DNA of 62,087 nucleotides from contig JABMNY010000019.1 of assembly GCA_013204385.1 (NCBI GenBank), forward strand, positions 1 to 62,087, written 5' to 3'. Numbering within the stretch: position 1 is the stretch's first letter; every line of letters starts with the position of its first letter. Source of the stretch: Candidatus Uhrbacteria bacterium. GTDB lineage: Bacteria > Patescibacteriota > Patescibacteriia > UBA9934 > GWF2-40-263. Below the pieces are notes generated by a model that saw nothing but the letters and a program-made list of their open reading frames with translations, made no database searches and was not told the origin of the DNA. The translations under genes and the position numbers were made by a program. This document shows, piece by piece, positions 27,661-36,377 of this stretch.

Positions 27661-29385
27661 ATGAAAATTTCACAGATAAAAATTCACGGCATAAAGTCAT
27701 ATACTGATAGCAGTGTTGATTTAGCAAATTATACAGTTTTTGTTGGCGAGAATAACTCTGGAAAAAGCAATATTTTATTTGCTTTACTTTGGTTTTTTGG
27801 CAAGGAAAAACTTGCTTTTAAAGATGTAAATAATAGTATAAGCGATGATCCATACATTGAGGTTGAATTTGAATTACAAAAAGACGAAGAGTTTACTCAT
27901 CCGGACGAGTATTTGGTTGAGGGAAAATTTAAAGTTCGAGCAGTCTTGTCGAGAAGTAAAATTAGCGATAAGGCCTTGGCGTGCGAGTATTATGGTTATA
28001 CCGGTAATGCAGACGAAGACATAAAAGATACAAAATTGCTTGGGTGGAAAACTGTTGCCAAGCCAAGTTTTGGCGACGTGATTTATATGCCATCGGTTAG
28101 ACCGCTAAGCGAAGAATTGAAATTCACGGCAAATTCGTCATTGAATCAATTGGTGACAAAAAATATCATCGCACGAATTAAAGCGGAGGACGAAAAAAAT
28201 CAGCATTATGGTCAAGTCGTAGAATCTATTAGCGCATTATCAAATTTTATTAGTGAAGGTGAAGGCAGCGCAATTCAGAAACTAAAAGAAGACATTTCAA
28301 AAAAAATGCTTGATTATGGCAATGTACAAATTGGTTTTGATCTGGTGCCACCCGATGCCGAAGATCTTATTAAATCATGTTTCAGGCCACACACGAGCGT
28401 AATAGGAATTAGTGACAAATTGCCACTTGGATCGCAAGGTGATGGATTCCAACGCTCAATGATGTTTTCCCTTATTGCGAATCTTGCTGAATTGAATAAG
28501 GGAGAGCCAAAAACCGGAAAGAAGCTGGCGAAAAATGACTGCACTTTTTATATCATTGAAGAACCAGAACTATTTTTACACCCAAATCATCAAACATATT
28601 TTCGCAATAAACTTGAAGAAGTAGCCAATTCATCTGACGCACAAGTAATTTTGACTTCACATTCTCCATATTTCCTAAATCATGTTGAAAAATATTCCCA
28701 AATTAAAAGAGTGTACATGGATGGAATTATTTCAAAAATATCACAAGTGACAGACAAAGAAATTGACGATATTTGTGAGAGTAATGGTAATTTAATGGCT
28801 TCGGCAAAAAATGAGTGTAAAAATCCAAAACCAACAGTTCAAGAAGTCGCGGAAGAATCTGCAAAAATCGCAAAATCCGATCATCTTAGATATTTACTAT
28901 GGATTGATCCAACACGAGCAAATGCTTTTTTATCGCAAAAAGTTATTTTAGTTGAAGGCTCTACGGAAAAAGCCATGTTTTCATTCATTTTCAATAATCC
29001 CAAAGGTGCATTTTATGATGAAAGTGGGACTGCAAAAATAACCATTATAGATACTGTTGGCAAATATCATTTTTATAAGTTTGCAAACCTACTCCACAAA
29101 TTTGGAATTAAGGTTTGGTGTATATATGACGGCGATAATGATGCTTGTAAACATTCTATTTCGCATAAAATTCTTAACGAGAATATTGAAAAATTGAAAA
29201 CTGACGGCCTAATTATGGATTGCTTGAGAATTGATCCCGATCTTGAAAATAGTATTGGCTTGACCAAAGCAGAATGTGCCGATGTTGAGTTTTATGTAAG
29301 TTTGGAAGAGAACATTAATAAATGTATAGAAAGTGATGGCTATAAAAAAATAGTTGATTTTGTAAAAATTGTCATTGCCTCATAA
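27661..29385 (+). CDS. OLD-family ATP-dependent nuclease (ABC ATPase + TOPRIM)
   Basis: Walker A GENNSGKS, SQGDG signature, Walker B IIEEPELFLHP, H-loop TSHSP, TOPRIM LVEGSTE and YDGD. Confidence 0.9.
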   Translation: MKISQIKIHGIKSYTDSSVDLANYTVFVGENNSGKSNILFALLWFFGKEKLAFKDVNNSISDDPYIEVEFELQKDEEFTHPDEYLVEGKFKVRAVLSRSKISDKALACEYYGYTGNADEDIKDTKLLGWKTVAKPSFGDVIYMPSVRPLSEELKFTANSSLNQLVTKNIIARIKAEDEKNQHYGQVVESISALSNFISEGEGSAIQKLKEDISKKMLDYGNVQIGFDLVPPDAEDLIKSCFRPHTSVIGISDKLPLGSQGDGFQRSMMFSLIANLAELNKGEPKTGKKLAKNDCTFYIIEEPELFLHPNHQTYFRNKLEEVANSSDAQVILTSHSPYFLNHVEKYSQIKRVYMDGIISKISQVTDKEIDDICESNGNLMASAKNECKNPKPTVQEVAEESAKIAKSDHLRYLLWIDPTRANAFLSQKVILVEGSTEKAMFSFIFNNPKGAFYDESGTAKITIIDTVGKYHFYKFANLLHKFGIKVWCIYDGDNDACKHSISHKILNENIEKLKTDGLIMDCLRIDPDLENSIGLTKAECADVEFYVSLEENINKCIESDGYKKIVDFVKIVIAS

Positions 29386-29451
29386 AAATTGAAAAAACCG
29401 CATAGGAAGGGGTTAAGTTGGGATTCGGGATTTATGATGATATAAACATGT

Positions 29452-29556
29452 ATGGCGAGATCATTTCGTGTTCAATATCCAGGTGCTCTTTATCATGTCA
29501 CGTCTCGTGAAAATAATTGGGGTCAAGTTTTTAGTCGTCACTTTTGGATCTTTTGA
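29452..29556 (+). pseudogene. N-terminal remnant of REP-associated tyrosine transposase (RAYT/Y1)
   Basis: MARSFRVQYPGALYHVTSREN matches the MARxxRxxYPGAxYHVTxRG start of RAYT; stops after 34 codons. Confidence 0.75.
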
Positions 29557-29586
29557 GTGAGATAACTCTCAAATTGTGAACAAACA

Positions 29587-29614
29587 AAAAAATCACCCGC
29601 ATGGGTGGTTTTAT
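29587..29614. terminator. bidirectional terminator-like hairpin
   Basis: AAAATCACCC-GCAT-GGGTGGTTTT. Confidence 0.65.
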
Positions 29615-29635
29615 TTTTTATCGTTTGAACGAATG

Positions 29636-29741
29636 TCTCGTCATTGTCAGAAGCGAAGCGACGAAGTAATCCTTTCAGTATTTACATCTCAAAGATTGCT
29701 TCGTAAGGCGTTTAAAAACTCCTTTCTCGCAATGACGAGAA
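29636..29741. repeat. 106-bp palindromic MITE/REP-like element
   Basis: 11-bp terminal inverted repeat TCTCGTCATTG/CAATGACGAGA; internal CGAAGTAATC/GATTGCTTCG arms; GTCATTG..GAAGCGAAGCGACGAAG..GATTGCTTCG..CGCAATGAC pattern. Confidence 0.8.
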
Positions 29742-29753
29742 TACTGGAATAGA

Positions 29754-30371
29754 CTATTTGTCCGATAGGACCCCACTCCACTCATAAAACTCTGCCGAAT
29801 CTCCTGCCTCCAGGTTCACCTCGATCGCATCGACACTCACAGGGTCTGTTTCGTGGATGGAGATGGGGGTTGGGGTGAGGAGGCTTTCGTTTGAGGATTT
29901 GAGAGTTGTTTGGACGACACCGGTGAGGGGGATGATTTGGATGGTTTCGAGAAAGTCGTAGTTGATGAATGAGGCGGTATCTTGGTAGACGATACTGCTC
30001 GTGTAATTTGTTTCGATGGTAAGTGGGTTTTCTGCTTGAGTGGAAACGACAATTCGTCCTTTTTTCAATCGGATGACAAGTTCATCCTCGTATAACCGAT
30101 GCAATTCGATTCGAGTATTTTTTGAAAGCCAAATAGTTGTTTCAGAGGCATGAAGATCTGCTGTTTTTCCAATCTTAACTTCCAGAAATCCATCACCCGT
30201 TTCAATAATCGATCCGCGTTGAAGTGAGTTTCCAAAGCCATATCCTGCGTCCTCACCAGCTCCACCTCCAATCCGAACAACAAGTTCAGGAGGGAGCGAA
30301 AAAAACCGTTGAGCGATGACTAGTCCCAAGATAACCGTGAACAACGAGACTGTAAGAATTCGTTTGAGCAT
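29754..30371 (-). CDS. membrane-anchored FecR-like domain protein
   Basis: N-terminal TM, then LQRGSIIETGDG...IWLSKNTRIEL...IRLKKGRI beta-strand pattern. Confidence 0.55.
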   Translation of the reverse strand: MLKRILTVSLFTVILGLVIAQRFFSLPPELVVRIGGGAGEDAGYGFGNSLQRGSIIETGDGFLEVKIGKTADLHASETTIWLSKNTRIELHRLYEDELVIRLKKGRIVVSTQAENPLTIETNYTSSIVYQDTASFINYDFLETIQIIPLTGVVQTTLKSSNESLLTPTPISIHETDPVSVDAIEVNLEAGDSAEFYEWSGVLSDK

Positions 30372-30419
30372 GCTAAGATTCTATCAGGTAATTAGATATT
30401 CGTAACGTTTATTTGATCT

Positions 30420-30689
30420 ATGTTGAACTTTTACTACGGAGAGGAATGTCCCCACTGTCATCACATGCTCCCCATTGTCGATAAACTCATTTCAGAAGGA
30501 ATAGAGGTAGCAAAGCTCGAGACCTGGCATAATGACGCAAATGCAAAACTTCTTGACGGAGTTGATCGCGGAAGATGCGGAGGCGTGCCATTTTTTCACA
30601 ATACAGAGACCGATCAGTTTATTTGCGGATCCTCAACAGAAGAACGTATTCGTGCGTGGGCAGCAGGTGAGGAGCTAAAAGAAGAATAA
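30420..30689 (+). CDS. thioredoxin/glutaredoxin-like protein
   Basis: CPHC motif, GVPFF cis-Pro loop. Confidence 0.85.
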   Translation: MLNFYYGEECPHCHHMLPIVDKLISEGIEVAKLETWHNDANAKLLDGVDRGRCGGVPFFHNTETDQFICGSSTEERIRAWAAGEELKEE

Positions 30690-30698
30690 GATTGAGTT

Positions 30699-31673
30699 AT
30701 GTTTGATCGTCCGAAGTATGTCATTGCAACACTTCTTCTGTTCCTCCTTTTTGGAGGCTCTGGATGTGTTGCTGTGCCTGTCTCGGATGCAAGTCCAGAG
30801 GAAGCGGCAAATGCGCTTTCTCTTTTTGTTGGATCGGAGATTTTAATCCGACCAACTATTTTGGGAGTGGGAGGAAGTATTGTTGATTGGTTGGGGGGAG
30901 AACAGGAAGTTCGTCAGGTAGCAGTTATTGATTGGTTGGCAGGGGAGTCCGTATCGCTTTCGTGGAATATCTCAACGCAAGTTGAGACAGAGGCATCAAA
31001 AAAAATTCGATCAGATTACGAAGCGACATACGCGCAGTCGCCAGTGGGAGTCGAGATCCCTCCTGTACCTGAACCCGAATACGAAAATCGTATTGTGGAG
31101 GGGGTGATTGCAAGTACATCCTTGAACAATGCGGACATGCTGATGTTGCCAGAAGCTTGGCCAGAAGGTGAGGGTGGAAACGTGCAAGCATCTCTCATTT
31201 GGTTTTCACGTGAACATTATGACGAGCTCATTCAGACGCGTTCAACGATTGTGAGTCTTGGTCTTTTTGACGAGTCGCTCATGAAGGTTGAAGACGCAAC
31301 ACACCAAATCGAAACATTCATGGATACCGTTACGTCGCTCATTTCCCCATTTGTGGGATCAGACTCCAACGAAGAAACACCCATAGAAGAGACACCAAGT
31401 GAAACGGATTCACTCATACGAATTGAGGCAAACCCTGCATGGGGGGAATACATACTTTTAGTCGATGGAGTGCGAACGACTGTGAGAGTTGTTGAAGCAG
31501 AAAATGCATTCGCACGTTACAAGATCCTTGCGAACCCCGAGAATCCTCTCGTTTTAGAAATTCAACTCACCCCACTCTCGCAAGGAAATCTTGAACTACT
31601 TAGTCTGGATGGACTTGCTCGTGGGTTTGGAGGCTATGAGATTACACAGATTAATACAAAAACGGGCCAATAG
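30699..31673 (+). CDS. putative lipoprotein
   Basis: Signal-like N-terminus ending FGGSGC; acidic body. Confidence 0.65.
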   Translation: MFDRPKYVIATLLLFLLFGGSGCVAVPVSDASPEEAANALSLFVGSEILIRPTILGVGGSIVDWLGGEQEVRQVAVIDWLAGESVSLSWNISTQVETEASKKIRSDYEATYAQSPVGVEIPPVPEPEYENRIVEGVIASTSLNNADMLMLPEAWPEGEGGNVQASLIWFSREHYDELIQTRSTIVSLGLFDESLMKVEDATHQIETFMDTVTSLISPFVGSDSNEETPIEETPSETDSLIRIEANPAWGEYILLVDGVRTTVRVVEAENAFARYKILANPENPLVLEIQLTPLSQGNLELLSLDGLARGFGGYEITQINTKTGQ

Positions 31674-31681
31674 CCCGTTTT
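31659..31681. terminator. bidirectional terminator between convergent genes
   Basis: AAAACGGGC-CAATA-GCCCGTTTT. Confidence 0.75.
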
Positions 31682-31686
31682 CTTGT

Positions 31687-32538
31687 TTATTCAAATCGTT
31701 CCATCCAATGGGTGTTTACTTCGACATTGAGATCGAGGAACACTTTGGACCCCATAACGGCTTCTAGTTCTTTGCGTGTTGACTGACCGATCTCGCGGAC
31801 TCCTCGACCTCCTTGGCCGATAATCATGCGCTTGTATCGATCTTCTGTGGTGAAGATTGTCGCTGCGACATACATCATGCCATTGGCACGTTCTTCCACT
31901 TCTGTGACTTCTACATGTGTTGTGTAGGGAAGTTCTTGTCGAAGTCTGAGGAAGAGTTTTTCGCGGATGAGTTCCGCAAGCCAAATTTTGTTTGGCATGT
32001 TTGTGAGTTGGTGTTCAGGGTAGTAGTAAATTCCTTCCGGGAGATATTCGTAAAATGTCTCGACGAGTCTGTGAACATTTGTGCCTCGAAGCGCAGAGAC
32101 TTCCACGGTGGCTGTATAGTTCTCAGAAAGATCACGATAGAAGTCGATAAAAGGCTTGTGCTCAAGATCGACTTTGTTAATGACGAGAACTTTAGGCTTA
32201 TCAATTTCTTCGATCATGCGCATGACTTCTCTTTCTTCTTGTCCAATTTCACGTGTTGGATCAACGATGTACGCAATGATATCCACGTCTTCAAGTGAAG
32301 CGCGAACCGCCTCGGCAAGACGTTTTGAAAGAAGATCCTTTGCCCCTTTAAGAATACCAGGAGTATCAACGAACACAATCTGACCTTCGTCGCGCGTGAT
32401 GATCCCTTGGATGGGGAGTCGGGTGGTCTGAGGCTTTGGGGTGGTGATGGCAATTTTTGAGCCAACGATCGAGTTCATAAGCGTTGACTTTCCAACGTTT
32501 GATCGCCCAATCATGACCACGAATCCGGATTTAGACAT
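31687..32538 (-). CDS. era: GTPase Era
   Basis: GRSNVGKST, PQTTR, DTPG, NKVD, KH-like ELPY...IIGQGG; start moved to MSKSGF. Confidence 0.96.
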   Translation of the reverse strand: MSKSGFVVMIGRSNVGKSTLMNSIVGSKIAITTPKPQTTRLPIQGIITRDEGQIVFVDTPGILKGAKDLLSKRLAEAVRASLEDVDIIAYIVDPTREIGQEEREVMRMIEEIDKPKVLVINKVDLEHKPFIDFYRDLSENYTATVEVSALRGTNVHRLVETFYEYLPEGIYYYPEHQLTNMPNKIWLAELIREKLFLRLRQELPYTTHVEVTEVEERANGMMYVAATIFTTEDRYKRMIIGQGGRGVREIGQSTRKELEAVMGSKVFLDLNVEVNTHWMERFE

Positions 32539-32542
32539 ACGA

Positions 32543-33673
32543 TTATTTTCGAGTAAGTTTAGAGACAAGTTCGACGTGCGGGGTGTGCGGAAACATATCG
32601 ATTGCACGCATGTCATCAACCTGATACATCTTTTGCAATTGTACCATTTCTCGTGCAAAGTTTTTAACGTTACAGGAGACGTAGACGAGTTCCTTTGGTG
32701 GATGTGCCAATATGTCTGCGAGGGCTTTGTCGTTCATTCCACTTCTTGGCGGATCCAGAATGACCACATCCGCTTCAAGTTCGCTCCAATTAAATTCTTC
32801 CGTTTTTGCGTCAAAGAACTCTATGTCCACCTGATTGAGTTCCGCATTCATACGTGCATCGGTGATTGCTTCGACAACCATTTCTACTCCAATCGTCTTC
32901 TTTGCGTTGTGTGCAAGAGCGACGGAAAAGAACCCAGACCCACAGTACAGATCAAGCAGGGTCTTTCCAGAGAGATCTCCACAGAATTCCTCAACGGTTT
33001 GAAGAAGTGTCCCTGCTCCATGTGAGTTTGTTTGAAAAAAAGCGTTTGGACTAATACGGTATTGATGTGAGTTGATGGATTCCTTAATCCATCCAGGACC
33101 TGAAATGGTTTCCAGTACATCTCCAAAGCTCACATCTGTGAGTGTGGTGTTTTGTGACCAAATAAGTGTGGTTGGCTGTGCCGATTCAGCGAGCTTGTTT
33201 AAACTGAGACGAATTGCCTCTGTTTCCATTTCGCTACCTGATCCAGAAGTAATAATGTTTACCATGGTCTCTCCAAGACTTGTAGATCGTATAACGGCGT
33301 AGCGCAGAAGCCCGGTGTGTGCTTTTCGATCATAAAAAGAGAGACCACATATCTTTGTCCACTCTTGAACTTGATGGAATAGTGTTTCGATTTTCTTGTC
33401 CGCAAGGAAGCAGGTATGTCCATCGATGACTTTCCACCACTTTCCTTTTTCGCGCATGCCAACACGACCTTCAAAATCAATGACAAAGTCCATGCGATTG
33501 CGGTAATGTTCTGTAACAGGAGATGGTAGAATAGTGGAACAAGAGAGGGGAAGGTCTTTTAACGCAAAAGAACCGTTAATATCAGAGAGCTTTTGGTTCA
33601 ATTGCTTGGAATACGGAATGTGGGACCAGGAGCAGGATCCACAAAGTTCCTTATTTGGACAAAGTGTTTGCAT
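32543..33673 (-). CDS. rlmD: RlmD/TrmA-family RNA uracil-5-methyltransferase
   Basis: CP...CGSC Fe-S motif, YRNRMDF, AFFQTN, DLYCGSG, DPPRSG, YVSCN, DMFPHTPHVE; start moved to MQTLC. Confidence 0.88.
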   Translation of the reverse strand: MQTLCPNKELCGSCSWSHIPYSKQLNQKLSDINGSFALKDLPLSCSTILPSPVTEHYRNRMDFVIDFEGRVGMREKGKWWKVIDGHTCFLADKKIETLFHQVQEWTKICGLSFYDRKAHTGLLRYAVIRSTSLGETMVNIITSGSGSEMETEAIRLSLNKLAESAQPTTLIWSQNTTLTDVSFGDVLETISGPGWIKESINSHQYRISPNAFFQTNSHGAGTLLQTVEEFCGDLSGKTLLDLYCGSGFFSVALAHNAKKTIGVEMVVEAITDARMNAELNQVDIEFFDAKTEEFNWSELEADVVILDPPRSGMNDKALADILAHPPKELVYVSCNVKNFAREMVQLQKMYQVDDMRAIDMFPHTPHVELVSKLTRK

Positions 33674-33715
33674 AGATTTTGCAAGACTACTCGATTTAAG
33701 CATTTTTTTCAAGGT

Positions 33716-34165
33716 ATGATCGTTATTGCACATAATATACGCTCACTTCATAACGTTGGGTCAATTTTTAGATCATGCGATGCGTTCGCAGTTGAGAAAC
33801 TATTTCTTACTGGATATAGCGGTATTCCTCCCAGAAAAGAAATTGCGAAGGTTTCGTTAGGGTCTGAACATCGTGTCCCTTGGCAGTTCGATGAACAGGT
33901 GATGAATGTTCTCCATGATCTTCTGAAGCAAGGGTATATTCTTGTGGCATTAGAGAATGGTCCTGGCAGTATCATGATTGATACATTTAGCTCCAATCAG
34001 CCGATCGCATTGATTCTCGGAAACGAGGTAGAGGGGATTGAACAAGATGTCCTTACACTCTGCGGAGCGCAAGTAGAGATTCCGATGCCTGGGAAAAAAC
34101 AATCTTTGAATGTTTCTGTAGCTACGGGAATTGCTTTGTTTGCTCTGAGGACAAATGCAAGCTAA
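33716..34165 (+). CDS. TrmH/SpoU family RNA 2'-O-methyltransferase
   Basis: HNIRSLHNVGSIFRS, LGNEVEG, IPMPG..QSLNVSVA; start moved to MIVIA. Confidence 0.9.
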   Translation: MIVIAHNIRSLHNVGSIFRSCDAFAVEKLFLTGYSGIPPRKEIAKVSLGSEHRVPWQFDEQVMNVLHDLLKQGYILVALENGPGSIMIDTFSSNQPIALILGNEVEGIEQDVLTLCGAQVEIPMPGKKQSLNVSVATGIALFALRTNAS

Positions 34166-34174
34166 AATAGAACT

Positions 34175-34897
34175 ATGTTGACTATTGTTATTCCAACAAA
34201 AAATGAGGAGGCTTCTCTTCCTCGTCTTCTTGAATCGATCCAGAAGCAGACATTATTGCCTGCGCAAATTATCGTCGCAGATGCACAGTCAACAGACACG
34301 ACACGTAAGATTGCAACCGCATTTGGAGCAACCGTGGTGGAGGGGGGATTAATTTCTTACGGAAGAAATGCAGGAGCAGCAAGCGCGAGCACAGATTTTA
34401 TTCTTTTTCTGGATGCTGATGTTGAGTTGCGTGATCCTGAGTTCTTAGAGAAATCTGTGGGTGAGATGATGGAAAAACGATTGGACTTAGCGACTTGCGA
34501 TGTGTTCCCACTTTCGGATCAATTTATCGATCATTTTCTTCACAAGGCCTATAACACGTATGCCAGAGCTTGGGGATCTCTCTATCCGCATGCTCCTGGG
34601 TTTTGTATGTTGGTGCGCCGACGATTACATGAGGAGATCGGGGGTTTTGACGAAGAGATTACGTTTTGTGAAGATCATGATTATGCAAGACGTGCATCAG
34701 AGAAAGGGTTGTTTGGGATTTTACGATCAACCAAGATTCCCGTTTCGATTCGTCGTCTAGATCGTGATGGTCGAATGAAAATCGCGGTGACATACCTGTT
34801 GGCAGAACTCCACTTAGCATTTCTCGGACCGATTAAACACGATAAGTTTCGATATTCTTTCGGTCATTCGCAAACGAAGGATAAAAAACGTTCATAA
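34175..34897 (+). CDS. glycosyltransferase family 2
   Basis: IVIPTKNEE, DAQSTD, GRNAGA, FLDAD, EDHDY. Confidence 0.9.
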   Translation: MLTIVIPTKNEEASLPRLLESIQKQTLLPAQIIVADAQSTDTTRKIATAFGATVVEGGLISYGRNAGAASASTDFILFLDADVELRDPEFLEKSVGEMMEKRLDLATCDVFPLSDQFIDHFLHKAYNTYARAWGSLYPHAPGFCMLVRRRLHEEIGGFDEEITFCEDHDYARRASEKGLFGILRSTKIPVSIRRLDRDGRMKIAVTYLLAELHLAFLGPIKHDKFRYSFGHSQTKDKKRS

Positions 34898-34899
34898 CT

Positions 34900-35817
34900 A
34901 TGGGGGCAATGATTCTTGAGTCAAAAGGACTCGTTTGGCATCACATTCGCGCTGTAAGCGATGCGGACCTGGAAGCACTTCAGGGGGTGTATAAATTCCA
35001 TCATCTAGATTACGAGGATATTCGTGCCGAAACGCCGATTTCAAAGATGGATCCTTACAAGCATTACATCTTTTTCGTATTTCATATCCCAATGATCGAT
35101 CCAGAGACAGGGCATCTTTTTGGGGAAGAGATCTATGTTTTTTTAAGTAATGACGCCATCGTTACTATTACACACAAACCAATTCCTGCACTTGAGACAT
35201 TTGTAGAGCGGGTAGAAAAGAGTTCAAAATTGCGATCACTTGTTTTAGGAACCGGTACAGCATTCTGTTTGCATAAGATTTTAGCAGAAGTATTCCGAGA
35301 GTCAGTCGCATTAGTTTCAAATCTTACACTTGAAGTACGTCGTTTAGAGCAAGCGATTGAAAAACGGCATGACAAACGCATTACGGTGGAGTTGGGATAT
35401 GCGCGACGCAACATTTTGTTTTTAAGACATGTGATCGATCCACAAAGAACCATTCTTACAAGCTTAATGAACATGAAGAGAAGTTTTATCACAGATGACA
35501 TGACTCTTTATTTTGACGACGTTCAAGATATTTTGGATACGATTTGGCTGGCGGCTGACAACCTAAAATTGATTATTGACGGATTATTCGATGTGAATGA
35601 AGCGTTGCTTTCACATCGTACAAATGAAGTTGTGACCTTGCTTACCTTTGTTTCCGCTGGGTTGATGGTTCCGACACTTATTGCTGGTTTTTATGGAATG
35701 AATGTTCCTTGGCTACCTTATGCGCATGATGCAAGGCTCGTAACGTTAATCTATGTAATCGGATTTGTAGGGATGGCACTTGTCATTTTGGCAATTTTGA
35801 AACGCACAAGAGGATAG
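34900..35817 (+). CDS. corA: CorA family Mg2+ transporter
   Basis: C-terminal PTLIAGFYGMN signature and two TMs. Confidence 0.9.
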   Translation: MGAMILESKGLVWHHIRAVSDADLEALQGVYKFHHLDYEDIRAETPISKMDPYKHYIFFVFHIPMIDPETGHLFGEEIYVFLSNDAIVTITHKPIPALETFVERVEKSSKLRSLVLGTGTAFCLHKILAEVFRESVALVSNLTLEVRRLEQAIEKRHDKRITVELGYARRNILFLRHVIDPQRTILTSLMNMKRSFITDDMTLYFDDVQDILDTIWLAADNLKLIIDGLFDVNEALLSHRTNEVVTLLTFVSAGLMVPTLIAGFYGMNVPWLPYAHDARLVTLIYVIGFVGMALVILAILKRTRG

Positions 35818-35819
35818 AT

Positions 35820-36377
35820 ATGAAGATCCCGGTCGTTGTACAACATCGTCATATTCATGTGTCTGAACAAGATGCAAAGATATTATTTCAGACCAGTGAA
35901 TTAGAAATGAGTACACAAATTGATCAACATAATCAATTTGTGGCAACACAAACAGTTAGTGTCATTGGTCCAAAAGGCTCTTTTCAGCAGGTGTGTGTCA
36001 TTGGTCCTGTGCGTAGTCATACGCAGGTAGAATTGTCCTCAAGCGACGCATTTTCCCTCGGACTGAACGCTCCATTGCGTGTTTCGGGAGATATTGAACG
36101 ATCTGCTTCTGTCGTATTAAAAACAGAACTCGGTGAAGTGCAGGCAAAATCTTGTGCAATCGTTCCTATCCGTCACCTTCATCTACCTCCTGCACTTGCA
36201 GATGAATTAGTTCTCGCGCATCACGATGTCGTGACCCTTCGCATGATGGATCGAGAGCAAATCACATTTGATCATGTCATTGTTCGTGTTCATCCAACTT
36301 TTATTCCGGCGTTTCATCTCACTAAAGATGAGGCAGCGCCACAGTGGATCCAAACTGGTGATTTTGTCCTTCTATGA
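35820..36377 (+). CDS. pduL: PduL-like phosphate acyltransferase
   Basis: RHIH, GP.RSHTQVELS..DA..LG...PLRVSGD, RHLH, VIVRV, HLTKDEA. Confidence 0.85.
   Translation: MKIPVVVQHRHIHVSEQDAKILFQTSELEMSTQIDQHNQFVATQTVSVIGPKGSFQQVCVIGPVRSHTQVELSSSDAFSLGLNAPLRVSGDIERSASVVLKTELGEVQAKSCAIVPIRHLHLPPALADELVLAHHDVVTLRMMDREQITFDHVIVRVHPTFIPAFHLTKDEAAPQWIQTGDFVLL

Noticed and set aside
27661-29385. Gabija or PARIS system
   Set aside because: No UvrD-like GajB, and ATPase and TOPRIM are in one chain rather than separate AriA/AriB.
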